Source: Eledone cirrhosa (lineage: Eukaryota). Taken from it: a stretch of 64,000 nucleotides of DNA. Numbering within the stretch: the stretch's first letter is position 1; each line of letters begins with the position of its first letter. Made by a program: the position numbers and the translations under genes. The stretch is taken from the NCBI GenBank assembly GCA_964016885.1, contig OZ024741.1, positions 234,236,001-234,300,000 of the forward strand, read 5' to 3'. Below the pieces are notes generated by a model. The model saw nothing but the letters and a program-made list of their open reading frames with translations. It was not told where the DNA came from and did no database searches. This document shows positions 1-13,799 of this stretch, in pieces.

Positions 1-546
1 CTATCAATTTTAACTCTTCAGTCTCGTGGATTTTATTGTAAATTTAATTGTAATTATAAAAGGACGCAACTGGACACATCGGTTTACACTGGTAAATAGA
101 ACCTGCGTGACGAATTCGAGAACAGTTTGACACAATCCGACTGGTTGAAATCAGTCAAGCTGTTCTCGTGTTCATGCTACAGAGAGAGAGAGAGAGGGGG
201 GGGGGGGTCAAGCATCTTAAAGATTGTTTATAACTTCTATGAACATCAGTTACGCATCAGTAGATTTTGCTGTTACAATATCCCAATATCACAATATGAA
301 TGAGTGGGGATGTGGAACAGGATCAGCTAGCTCAGCACCGATGGTAGGGACTGCTGTGTAATGGATCTCCGTCGGGTTCGAAAATGAGTGTTCAACGTGT
401 TCGAGCAACGGAACAGTCTACTAATGAAATTTACGTGTAAGTAGCTGAGGATTCCAGAGACACGCGTACCATTATTGGCTGCCCCCTTGAATGATAGATA
501 CAATCAATTGGACGGGCTTCCAAACAAAGTCGGATTTGCATATTAA

Positions 547-1052
547 AGTCGGCTGGTGCAAATAATTGGAATAGAAAAGTTATACATACAGGTATTAAAT
601 TTAAAAAATCTAATCATCCTCATTTTACGTCCCCTTTCCAGAATGGCATGTGTTGGACAGGTTGTTGTAGTCCGAGACCAAACATATCGGAGTGACCTCA
701 TCTTGCACATACATTACATATTTGGCATGGTTTCTATGGCTGGATGCCCTTCCTAACATAACCATTTTAGAGAGCTTACTGGGTGCCTTGTTTTTTGAAT
801 TACCCCCACAACCACTTTAAACATGCCATCAAATACATGTTATTAGAATATTGTTCTGATAACAATCTGATGTCTCTAAAGTAGAAAAAAAATTGATAAA
901 TTTTGTCACAGTAAGGACATTAAATACTTTTTGTTAAAACTATAATCCCCGTTGTCAAAGAGATGACACTAAAAAGCCCAGCAGAGGACACAAATAAATT
1001 GCTACGGTCATCACTGGTGTCCACTTTGCCCCACCCATTAAATCCGGCTCTG
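547..1052 (+). repeat. Dispersed repeat (probably the right part of a non-autonomous DNA transposon); other copies at 16648-16695 plus 26266-27411 and at 49495-49980
   Basis: The block AAGTCGGCT..GTAATTGGAAT..TTATACATACAGGTATTAAAT..CATCCTCATTTTACGTCC..AGCAGAGGACACAAATAAATTGCTAC recurs three times. Two copies end in TTAAATCCGGC, which resembles a CAGGGCCGGATTTAA-type TIR. Confidence 0.65.
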
Positions 1053-1059
1053 CTTCCAA

Positions 1060-1205
1060 ACAGTTTCCGTCAACCCAATTTCATTCACAAAGCATGGGTC
1101 GACTGTAGGCTATGATAAATGTGACTTGCTCGAGATGCCACGTAGTAGGATTGAATCAGGGACAAAATGACTGCAAAACAAAGTTTTTAACAATGTAGCC
1201 ATGCA
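1060..1205 (-). mobile_element. Degenerate tRNA-derived SINE; related fragments near 41845-41950 and 42330-42400
   Basis: Minus strand reads CATGGCT..GATTCAATCCTACTACGTGGCATCTCGAGCAAG..GACGGAAACTG, a B-box-like head followed by the GGCACCTTGGGCAAG-type core seen in the other copies. Confidence 0.55.
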
Positions 1206-1656
1206 TCAAGAAGTAGAGGCTGCTGTAATAGCGACATGAAGTGGCAAAGTGATAAGACAACATGTCTGTAGATCTGAGATTGAAGTGTGTCAACAAGCCA
1301 CTTCATGCCATTCATTCAAATACACGTTACACCACCGATTTTTCCAGCACTAAAGCACCATTAAGCAAATTAAATTCATGGTCAGATCATCAACGAAAGA
1401 AGGACACTATTTTATTTAAATTAAATATATTTCTCATTTTGATTGGGGGATTTATACCTTACAGTTTTGGTTAATCTGAAAGCAAGATATTTAATCACTG
1501 AAATTACACAAGGACTCAAGAAGTAAACGGTTTTATGACTGTCTACGTGAATTAAACAAACTGGAAGATTAGACCCGAAATCCACAAGAAAAATATTTAC
1601 AACAAAAGTATGTATATGATATACAAAAAAATAGTACTCGATAAAAATTTAAAATA

Positions 1657-1886
1657 CATGATGTTTCAAAAAATTTAATATCATTTGAGATTTTAATATC
1701 ATTTGAGATATAAATATCCTAGAAACTACAAGGTCTAGGACAACGAGACTAAGCAGGATTCATGTTGAGTAACACAAGATTTATTCCTCAAAACATGTCT
1801 ACTTTATAACATTAATTCACAATATATATTTTAATGTGATAACCTTGGGAACAGGCCATTGATATCAAATTTTTTGAAACACCCTG
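1657..1886. mobile_element. Tc1/mariner-type MITE
   Basis: Imperfect TIRs CATGATGTTTCAAAAAATTTAATATC / GATATCAAATTTTTTGAAACACCCTG with TA on both sides. Confidence 0.75.
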
Positions 1887-2079
1887 TATGTAATGATATA
1901 GTCTTTATATAGCCTAAAATATAACTCCGAATCCCAAACTCGGACATGTCCGATCAATTAACGAACAATATAAACTTGTATGGCTACTTCTCAATGATAA
2001 TCTTCAGCTTTTTCTCCACAGATGTGCTATCTCACAGTGCACCCCACCACAACCCTAACTCTTCAAATGTTACCACAAT

Positions 2080-2323
2080 CAGGGGCGGTGGAAGCATTTC
2101 TGAATGATGGGAGGGGGGCACATTTGAACAACTTAGTTCTAACGATTAGTTTAGCTCGTTGCACTCTAAAATGGTCAGACAACTTCGATATGCGATAAGC
2201 ATAACACATACATAAATTGTAGCGCATATCCAAATAGATGTGTGTTTTCGTAGTTTGGAGAGAAAATATAATTATTGGAAGGGTGAATGACCCCCCCCCC
2301 CTTCCCCAGTTCCACCACCACTG
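2080..2323 (+). mobile_element. MITE with CAGGGGCGGTGGAA / TTCCACCACCACTG TIRs; reverse copy at 52622-52856, fragment at about 5935-6020
   Basis: TIRs are visible and the internal sequence aligns by eye with the reverse complement of 52622-52856. Confidence 0.75.
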
Positions 2324-2434
2324 TATATATATAATGTTTTTAAATTATGCTCTGTGACCTTTCTTAAGGGGTGCTTCTTCGCATTTGGTAAGCAACTGGT
2401 ATTATACTCAATTCATTTATCTCCCATATATATA

Positions 2435-3371
2435 CTAGCAGTAGGCCCCAGCGTTGCACGGGGTAGGAAACTTGAAATAACAACACGCATATGCAAAGAT
2501 TGAGGAATGTAGCTGTGTACTTTTTGAATTCCCTTATTCTCAGGGAATGATTGTTCATCTACTGGAAACGTAGAACACCAGCAGGCCCGAATCGTGAAAC
2601 ATCTGCATGCATGTGCAAAATCTGAAGAAAATCAGCTGGATACTCTTTAAGCGTACTAAATCTTAGAGTATGATTTTTCTTTCATTTGGAGAAAATCGGT
2701 TAGGTACTTTTCCAGTTTTATAGATTCGCACCCAGGTCATCCGGACAGACATCATCAGTTATGTCTATGAGCGACAAAAGGGGTCACCGCGGAATTAGCA
2801 CAACCGTTGTTCGGCGTATTTGCGCAGGGCGTTCATACTGCGGTGTAGGTGCAACAAAAGGGGTCTTAGTAGAAATAGCAACGTACACAGGGCCCGGATT
2901 TGCGCGTGATGAAAGCACGAAGCGTCAACAGGGCACCCACAAAAAATGTAAGGTTCTCCTCATTTTCTCAATCCTCTGTTACATAAACCAAATTTTTAAC
3001 GAAATATTATACACTACTAACGATGTTTAAGTAGTGTTTATATTGAAAATGAAAATGGCTAATTCGTAAAATGCTAATTCGTAAATTTCCTAGAAACCAT
3101 TAATGGAATCTGAAATTTTTTTGTCCACAGCAATGCGAGGGGAGTAACTAATGTGTGCTGCAAATTTCGAGGAAATCGGCTTGATTATCTTTAAGTTACG
3201 CCTCAAAGAATCCTAAAAATGCATTTTTCGCCTAATGCGGGCCCTAGGACAGAAAAAGTTAAACATTTTTAGCCCCTTGCAAGAAATATAAGTAACGCAT
3301 GTGTAAAGTTTGAAAAAAATCGGTCGGGTAATTCTCGAGTTTTAGGGATTTGCACAGACAGACATCCTCTG

Positions 3372-3385
<14 letters not shown>
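2435..3385 (-). mobile_element. Non-autonomous Helitron
   Basis: Minus-strand 3' end CCCGTGCAACGCTGGG hairpin followed by CTAG (2438-2435). The 5' part TATATAACAGAGGATGTCTGTCTGT..AAAACTCGAGAA..CCGATTTTTTTCAAACTTTACAC matches 19741-20460. Confidence 0.7.
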
Positions 3386-3408
<23 letters not shown>

Positions 3409-3588
3409 ATACATTAACAGAGAAAGCCTTAAGCGATACTCTGACCAACTCCATCTTACTCAACAAACATTAGGATATACATGAGTATTCTCCCAATTTA
3501 GTGTTTGGAGTGCTAACTAATCAGTATTTCGTGGATAGCTGGTTGTATTATTTTATATGAGACATAAGTAAATAAATATCTCTTTCCT

Positions 3589-3712
3589 TCCAGACGATCG
3601 TTTCGTTATAAGATTTCTACAATTTGGGATAAATAATGTCCAGGTTATGTAGAAACTTGTATATAATCCATAGTCTTATACACAAGCGGGCTCTTATAAA
3701 CTCATCAGTGGA
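3589..3712 (-). ncRNA. Type I hammerhead ribozyme, intact core, branched stem II
   Basis: Minus strand: UCCA CUGAUGA GUUUAUAAGA..(two hairpins)..UCUUAUAAC GAAA CGAUCG UC|UGGA. Stem I is UCCA/UGGA, stem III is the palindrome ACGAUCGU, the site is GUC. It lies in an island (about 3406-3712) flanked by (TA)n on both sides. Confidence 0.85.
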
Positions 3713-3901
3713 TATATATATATATATATATAAAATGAGATTAATATCCCCACGGGTACTAAGTACCCATGGAAATATATAGGATGTCTATAATACATTT
3801 GTTGTTCAGGTAAATACATTTGTTGTTGGATAGGTAAATATTTAAATCGTATTTTAATTTATTTAGAAGATTGTTTAATGTTTACTTGTTCCGCTCATCT
3901 C

Positions 3902-3974
<73 letters not shown>

Positions 3975-4003
3975 AAAGAATAGAGGTGTAACACACAAGT
4001 TAT

Positions 4004-4546
4004 TATATATTGGTAAACGGAATAGAAAATGCTGACAAATTGTTCACAGTTGAAAAATGGTTTAATTAGGAATAAAAGAGTATTAGTGATTGTATGGGTT
4101 AGTATTCAGTTGTGGTTTAAGTTTTTAAGTTTTTACCGGTTGCGCATTTCTAAATGCTTTTCAAAAATAATTTTGAGATAGAGTGTCCGTGTTGTTTGCT
4201 CTGATCTGATTAGTTTTGGGAATTCTACCTGTTTTTACATTCACATGACCTCTACCGACCAATCAAAATTGTTTTGACCACAAGAATTTTTGCAACACCA
4301 AAGTAACGCTGGAGCCACTTTTTTAACATAAAAACAGGTAGAATTCCCAAAACTAATCAGATCAGAGCAAACAACACGGACACTCTATCTCAAAATTATT
4401 TTTGCGCAACCGGTAAAAACTTAAAAACTTAAACCACAACTGAATACTAACCCATACAATCACTAATACTCTTTTATTCCTAATTAAACCATTTTTCAAC
4501 TGTGAACAATTTGTCAGCATTTTCTATTCCGTTTACCAATATATAT
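4004..4546. repeat. Long inverted repeat between (TA)n tracts, carrying a hammerhead 3'-half-like motif
   Basis: Arms 4004-4237 and 4329-4546 are near-perfect reverse complements apart from a ~17-nt indel. Both carry GCGCAACCGGTA (compare GCGAAACCGGTA in the 51616-51916 palindrome). Confidence 0.9.
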
Positions 4547-4560
4547 ATATATATATATAC

Positions 4561-4780
4561 ATTCATTTATTATGGCTGTTGGTTTCACCTGCAGGATCAC
4601 CAGTCTTGTCTGATTAGTACGCAGGTGAGACTCCAGACTAACAAGGCTTAGCCATAATAAATGAATATTTAAACTCTACTTGGGTATTGAGTTTTCATTC
4701 TTACATCCATCAATAATTTACGTACTCTCAGGTCTTGAATAATCGTCCACAATCCTCGCTTATTAATTTGTCAGATTTTT
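4561..4780. repeat. Short hairpin element plus MITE-like end; inverted paralogue at 50878-51070
   Basis: ATTCATTTATTATGGCT / AGCCATAATAAATGAAT inverted ends. The reverse complement matches 50951-51070, and TACTCTCAGGTC..AATAATCGTCC matches 50878-50932. Confidence 0.65.
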
Positions 4781-4789
4781 TCTGAGAAA

Positions 4790-5165
4790 AACTGAGACAC
4801 TCGTCCTCTCAAGGAAGCCTGCGCAGAGCACGCTACATGTGGATGGAGTTCCACTGAAGCAGTTAGAGAAGTTCAAGTACGAGTGATGGAAGGCATGAGG
4901 CTGAATTAAATGCAAGAATTGCAAAAGCTGGTGCAGTAATGAACCAGCTTCAGCATTCAGTAATCGGAAGGGAAGTAGGTGTAAAAGCCAAACTCGCTGT
5001 CTTCAATTCGAATTTCGTGCCAACCCTTACTTATGAATCTTGGTTAATGACCGAAAGAATACAATTGCAAATACAAGCAACCTATTTCGGTCGCTTGTAT
5101 TTACAATTGTATTCTTTCGGAGTAACGTTTCTCGATCTTCGGAGTAACGTTACTCGATAGAATGC
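4790..5165 (+). mobile_element. RTE-type LINE fragment (RT C-terminal region)
   Basis: Reads PLKQLEKFKY..ELNARIAKAGAVMNQL..KLAVFNSNFVPTLTYESW. Same family as 53088-53760. Confidence 0.7.
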
Positions 5166-5189
5166 GTAGCTCGTATCAGAGTGCCAGGA

Positions 5190-5935
5190 AATTCTACTCC
5201 TCTCTACGTCTATCACACAAAACTCTCTTTTAATATGCCGTTCTGTATCTACTAAAACCAAACTCTACCCCTCTCTATATCTACCACGACACCGCCTTTC
5301 TTATCCCACTCTCTATATCTAAGACTAATACACTCTCCCACTTTCTATAAATATCTACACTTATCTCTCCCAATCCGCCTCTGTTTATCTCTATATCTAC
5401 TACACGGAACTCTCTGCCAATCCTCCTCTCTATATCAATTAAAATCAAACTCTCCCCTTCTCTATATTTACTACAGGGAACGCTCTTCCAGTCCCCCTCT
5501 CTATATCAATAAACATCAATCTCTCCCCCTTTCTATATCTAATATGCAACACACTCTCTCAATCGCCCCTCTCTATATCAATTACCACCAAACTTTCCCC
5601 CTCTATATATCTACCTTACAACACTCTCTCTCGTTCTTTCTCACTCTATCCACCATTGCCAAACTCTCCTCCTCTCTATATCTGCTACATGGAACTCTCT
5701 TCCAATACCCCTCTCTATATCAATTACCACAAAACTCTCCCTCTCTCTATATCTACTATACAATACTCTCTCTCTCATTCCCTCTCACTCTATTCATTAC
5801 CACCAAACTCTCCCCTCTCAGCATCAACCATACAACATTTTCTTCCATCCACCTCTCTATTTCAATTAACGCCAAACTCTCCCCCTCCGTCTATCTACCA
5901 CACGGCACACTCTTCAAATTCCTCTCTCTATAACA
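5190..5935. repeat. Degenerate pyrimidine-rich minisatellite (unit about 30/60 bp)
   Basis: Recurrent CTCTCTATATC(A/T)A..CCACCAAACTCTCCCC. ORFs 5544-5933 and 5656-5985 are translations of it. Confidence 0.75.
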
Positions 5936-6448
5936 ATAAATATATGTGTGTTTTGGTAGTTTGGGGAGAAAAATATAATTATTGATTCTGCCCCCCCCCC
6001 CTCCCAGTTCTGCTTCTGACAATAGTTTCTGTTTCTGGGAGTTTGCTAGTTTTATGCCATCTCAGTTCAAGGCACTCTCAACTCATTTGTCTCCTCTCAC
6101 ACCCCATGTTCACATCTTTCTCTCTTCAAGCCCCACATTAACCACTACATCCTGTCCTTCTTGCCCAGAATGTCAGCCCCTTTCAGCTTCCTGACTGCTC
6201 AAAGATCCTTACCATAACTCCAAAAGGAGAAGACCTACAACAGTTTTAGCAGAACATCAACATCGATCTTTCCGGTCACGGAGGTCCTGTGAAGGCTATA
6301 CACTTTTCATCCCCCTCACGGAAGTTAATGCAAGGGACACAACTCAGTTAATGATTTTGAAACGCAGGCTTATTACATGGCTAGACTGTTCCCTGCCGTT
6401 TCGACATTATGGTCCACCTGGTATCTTACCACACATCTCTGATATATA

Positions 6449-6480
<32 letters not shown>

Positions 6481-6522
6481 ATGAAAGGATGATTTGTTAT
6501 ATCTTCATTACGTTTATTGAGT

Positions 6523-6607
6523 AGCGACGCGCGTTTCGCTATTGATCAGCTCAAGCTTCGATCTATATCAATCTGGCCCGACTCTGAAATCAAAAGCTCG
6601 TCGGACC
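6523..6607 (-). ncRNA. Degenerate type I hammerhead ribozyme (U4C); second copy at 30417-30491
   Basis: Minus strand: GGU CCGACGA GCUUUUGAU..AUCAAUAGC GAAA CGCGCG UC|GCU. The second copy has GGU CUGAC..GAAACACGCGUC|ACC, so the two copies give a canonical consensus. Confidence 0.65.
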
Positions 6608-6733
6608 TCTGCCGTCCTTTTATTTTATTTACACTCTGTTTAGTTCTACACCTCGTTACAGACGTGAATCTACGCATCTAGTGCTCACCTGGGTGAACCT
6701 ACAGTAACTGCACGTTACACTCCCTATATATAT

Positions 6734-6847
6734 ATTGAAGCGAATAACTATGTGTATACTCTGGTAATGTATCTTACATTGCCCATGGAGTACGCTGCTG
6801 AGATACAACCGGTCCTGGCATTGATAAATATGCTGGGTCCGTCAACT

Positions 6848-6851
<4 letters not shown>
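6734..6851 (+). repeat. 3'-tail-only copy of the hammerhead element at 12784-13320
   Basis: Reverse complement of about 12784-12895, flanked by (TA)n. Confidence 0.75.
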
Positions 6852-6903
<52 letters not shown>

Positions 6904-6906
<3 letters not shown>

Positions 6907-7097
6907 AAAGTGTTTGACCCCGACGGCAGAGCTCAAGCCGTTTCGACGGCTATTTCTGAACTCCAGAAATAGCCGTCGAAACGGCTTGAGCTCTGCCGTC
7001 AGGGTCAAACACTTTCCTGTTACCCACTCTACTACCCTAAGTATTGAGTACTCTGGTGCGTTATGGTCCATCTGGTTCCTCACCACACTTCCTTCGA
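6904..7097 (+). mobile_element. Fold-back copy of a Penelope-like pLTR 3' end with a half hammerhead
   Basis: 55-bp arms 6904-6958 and 6964-7018 (one mismatch) contain GCCGTC GAAA CGGCTTGAGCTCTGCCG TC. The tail matches the reverse complement of 22312-22400. Confidence 0.85.
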
Positions 7098-7173
7098 TAT
7101 ATATCGTGCGTAGCTCGGATATCAGAGTGCCAGGAAATTCTACTCCTCTCTACGTCTATCACACAAAACTCTG

Positions 7174-7210
<37 letters not shown>

Positions 7211-7361
7211 TGGGGTACGGAAGTCACCGAATTTATTTTAGTGACCACCAGCATAGCTCACACGCTCAATGAAATAACAAGTGCGCAGTTGAATGTAGAG
7301 CGAATACAATTAGTTAGTGAGTTTTATGGCAGTTATCAGGTATTGGTTACACTGATCTATC

Positions 7362-7489
7362 TCCTGGGCGGAATTCCGTTTCGCCGTAATCATCTGCCTA
7401 TAACAGTTATTAGAAGCGTTATATGCAAAGGATTACGTAACATGGGTAAATGTTACGCAATCGAGGCTAATTGCGACTCATCAGCAGGA
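7362..7489 (-). ncRNA. Type I hammerhead ribozyme with branched stem II; cleavage triplet is GCC instead of GUC
   Basis: Minus strand: UCCUG CUGAUGA GUCGCAAUUA..(two hairpins)..UGAUUACGGC GAAA CGGAAUUCCG CC|CAGGA. Stem I is 5/5 and stem III is palindromic. Confidence 0.8.
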
Positions 7490-7749
7490 TGCCCGACAAT
7501 AACGTATCGATCCATAGGGTGTAGACGATTAGCGAGTTCACTAGCTTCCTGATTCTAGCAGTTCACTATTGTGCTATCACGTGACCTCGAAAATTGTCAA
7601 AAATAGTCGTGGAAAAACACGCACTGGTTGGTAGATTTCAAACATTTAGAATTCGCGCCAACAAATATATATATATATGTGTGTGTATGTCTGTCTGTGT
7701 GTAATATATTAATCTTTGTCCTACTATCTTTCTCAGTCTTTTTTTTAGC

Positions 7750-8085
7750 AACCACTGTCACGACTACCACCACCGCCATCACAACCCCAACTACCATCCC
7801 CACCCTCAGCCTATTCTCCAGCCATCTACAACTAACACCACCACCACCCCTCACCACAACCACCAGCACTACCAACACTACCACCAGCACCACCAACAAC
7901 ACCACCACTACCAACAACACCACCACCACCACCACCACCACAACCACCACCACCACAACCACTACCACCAGCACCACTAACACCACCACCACCACCACCA
8001 CCACCACCACCACAACCACTACCGCCCCCACCCCTTCCTCACACCACCCCCACCAACATTATCACTACAGCCACCACCACCAATA
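7750..8085. repeat. (CAC/CAA/ACC)n trinucleotide low-complexity tract
   Basis: Seen directly; produces the poly-Thr and poly-Val pseudo-ORFs. Confidence 0.9.
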
Positions 8086-8289
8086 GTATGGTAGGAATGA
8101 CAAGGTTTAAAGTGGAATAAATTAAAATGAGTTTGAAGATTTAAAAGTACAAAAACTCAAACAAATGTCGGTAGAGAGAGAGAAAGATGGAGAAGGGAGA
8201 GAGAAGGTAATAAAGACATACAGAGAGTGAATAGTAAAGAATGAGAGAGGAATATCGGAGAGGGGGTGCCGAATGAGTGAATAGCTTGC

Positions 8290-10895
<2,606 letters not shown>

Positions 10896-10897
10896 GA

Positions 10898-10976
10898 ATT
10901 CTTTGCCCTAGGGTTCAGTTTATACCGTCTCGAGAGCAAAACGAAACAGTATAAGCTTAACCGCAGGGCAAAGAAT
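10898..10976. repeat. Diverged hairpin with a hammerhead 3'-half-like motif
   Basis: ATTCTTTGCCCTAGGGTTCAGTTTATACCGTCTCG / CGAAACAGTATAAGCTTAACCGCAGGGCAAAGAAT between microsatellites. Confidence 0.65.
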
Positions 10977-10983
10977 CCCTATA

Positions 10984-11053
<70 letters not shown>

Positions 11054-11147
11054 TGTGCGTGCGAAATGTCAATGAAGAAACAACAATTATGTACAATTAT
11101 GTATATATTATATATTAGCTTAAAGCGTAATATGGCAGGATAATAGT

Positions 11148-11181
11148 TTTAACGTTTCGGAGATTAGTCCTACATCGGAAA
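11148..11181 (-). ncRNA. Degenerate minimal hammerhead-like motif
   Basis: Minus strand: UUU CCGAUGU A GGA CUAAUC UCC GAAA CG UU|AAA, with two core substitutions. Confidence 0.4.
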
Positions 11182-11309
11182 TTAGAATGAGCGATATAAA
11201 CAGAAATAGGAGTACAAAAAGGAAGAAATGGAAAACATTTCATTAGAGGAGAAAAGCACATGCGTTTAGTCGCTAACACACACACACATATATACATACA
11301 GTTCAGGTC

Positions 11310-12270
11310 TTATTTTTATAGGTCAAATTTAAAGCATAAAATAGAACAGCTTTTGAGTTTATGGGTTTTAGATCAAATTCGACATAAAGTACCGATAAGC
11401 AGGATAGTAATTAAAAAAAAAAGCTAAAAGTTTGTATGATGATTTGCAGAAAGAGGTATGTGAAACGTCTAATAAAAACGTATCCTGGCTAGTAAAGGAT
11501 AGGTTGAAAGGTTTAAGATGCGCTTGAATTTGCACATTAAAATGACTGGTGAAGCTGCCAAGGCTGACACAGTGGCTTTACTAATTATCTTGAACAACTG
11601 AAGAAAATTGATTACTGAAGGAGGCTATACACCAGAGAAAGTATACAATGTTGACGAAATTGCACCTTTTTTTTTAAGGAAGCGCATGTCCGCTAGAACT
11701 ATTATTTCTCGAGAAGAAAAATCATCACCAGTATTTACAACTACCTAAAATCATTTAACCCTTCTTCTGGGAGAAAATGCTGCTGTGATATGAAATTAAA
11801 GCCCCTAATTTTGTATCTCTACGAAAATCCAAAGGCTTTCAAGGGTTACCCAAAGTTAAACCATCTTTGAGTTGGTTTTCAAATAAGAAGGCATAGGTAA
11901 CTAGGGGCCTTTTTAAAGAATCTTTTATTAACATTTTTATTCTGCTTTAGAAAAGGTATAATACTGTTTTTCCAACAAAGCATTGTTCCTTTTAGACAAT
12001 GCATCAACCCATCCAGTGAAATTGAATAAGATCTCCAAGAAGAGACCTTCTTTGCACCAGCTAATAAATCAAGGAGTGACAGCTAACTTTGAGGCATATT
12101 TTCTGAGAAGAACTTTTAAACAACTTATGAAAGCAATTGACAAGGAAGATAAACCTATGGTTTGAGACTTCTGGAGAGTGTTTAACATGGATGTTGTGGA
12201 TAACATTGTGAGTCAACATTGTATGGCGCTTGGAAGAATATATGTGCCAGACTGTATCTGTGATATTACA
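11310..12270 (+). pseudogene. Tigger/pogo-family DDE transposase remnant
   Basis: Frameshifted motifs KMTGEAAKAD, EGGYTPEKVYNVDE, KRMSARTIISREEK, LTLLLGENAA, FLLDNASTHP, NQGVTANFEAYFLRRTF. Confidence 0.85.
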
Positions 12271-12698
12271 AGCTCTCTATCTTTCTATAAGCAGAAAATT
12301 TATATCGAATTCGGAAAGATATCGTTACACTTGCAAATGATATATATAAGGGTTAGAATATCCAAAGGTATGGAGGGAATTCTATTTGTGAGAAGAGAAG
12401 TAATGCATATTTCATTTTCGACCAGAAATAGACAATTACTACACGTTTTTCATTATTTTTAGCTAATTATGTTATATAATCAGCTCAACAAATCTTCAGT
12501 ATAAACTAGGACCGCATTCGAAAAATTTGGATATAGGCATTCGTCTGTTTAGACATAAACATACACTTGCTCATCCACCCGCACATTTACGTATACTTGT
12601 ATATAATACCCCACCCTATCCTATATATATATATATATATCCCAAGTATCCAATACTCTAGTGGGTTATGGTCTAGCTGGTTTTTACCACACCTTATC

Positions 12699-12783
<85 letters not shown>

Positions 12784-12784
<1 letters not shown>

Positions 12785-13318
12785 GGGTTGACGGACCCAG
12801 CATATTTATCAATGCCAGTACCGGTTGTATCTCAGCGCACTCAATGGGCAATGTAAGATACATTACCAGAGTATATACATAGTTATTTGCCTCAACACAA
12901 CACACGTAAATCGGGTGCCTATAAGGTTCCCGGACTCGAGTTTCTGCAGCACTAATGCAGCAGTAAGGTGCACTGCACTATCTGTCTGCATATATTATGC
13001 AACAATGCACAATCGGCTTATGCTGCTTCATCAGCGGGTATCGCCTAATCAATAACCAATCGATCGACAGAATCCAAACACCGGCCTGCGCCGGTCATGA
13101 TGTTTGTGACAACCGACACGGTAAAGCGATTAACTGGCAACCGATTGGACTCTATCTCTCAACTAGCCACTGATTTATAAATTTTACGTGGGGACGGGAA
13201 GCTAAAAAGAATCAATCTATTAGTTCCTTTCAGAAGCACTGAGCCAACGTGTCTCACACACAAATTATCAAGGGGTGAAAAGATGGCTATTAGAAATAGC
13301 ATTTCACATTGATATAAA

Positions 13319-13320
<2 letters not shown>
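12784..13320 (-). mobile_element. Short non-coding hammerhead-bearing element between (AAT)n and (TA)n tracts
   Basis: Contains the ribozyme at 12929-13038. Its tail recurs at 6734-6851. No meaningful ORF. Confidence 0.7.
12929..13038 (-). ncRNA. Type I hammerhead ribozyme, intact core, long stem II insert
   Basis: Minus strand: CCCG CUGAUGA A GCAGCA..UGCUGC A GAAA CUCGAG UC|CGGG. Stem III is the palindrome ACUCGAGU. Confidence 0.85.
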
Positions 13321-13377
<57 letters not shown>

Positions 13378-13380
13378 ATA

Positions 13381-13530
13381 CACCAGAGTACTCGATTCTT
13401 GGGATAGTGTGTAATATGAAAAAATTCAGGACCCCGACGGCTGAGCTCCGGCCGTTTCGACAGCTAGATCCGAACTGTTCCGATTTAGGTGTCGAAACGG
13501 CTGGAGCTCAGCCGTCGGGGTCTTGAATCT

Positions 13531-13535
<5 letters not shown>
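13381..13535 (-). mobile_element. Fold-back pLTR-end copy with a half hammerhead (subfamily of 6904 and 22406)
   Basis: Imperfect palindrome 13417-13535 carrying GTC GAAA CGGCTGGAGCTCAGCCG TC GGGGTC. Confidence 0.8.
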
Positions 13536-13613
<78 letters not shown>

Positions 13614-13799
13614 ATAGACAAGGTTAAGAGGACTGAGGACCGATACTTTCCTCTTACAATACATTTCAAAGTAAGCCCGGTGCATGCTTAAATATGTAAT
13701 GCCAAATGAGTTGTACTACGATTGGACCCCAACATATAGAATTGTTATGGTATAGCAATTAGTAAAATTGCAACGAAGGGACCTCTCTGCTTCGGCTGA

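Noticed and set aside
7597-8086. Mucin-like poly-Thr ORF with a hydrophobic N-terminus
   Set aside because: Trinucleotide low-complexity tract starting in microsatellite; no supported exon structure.
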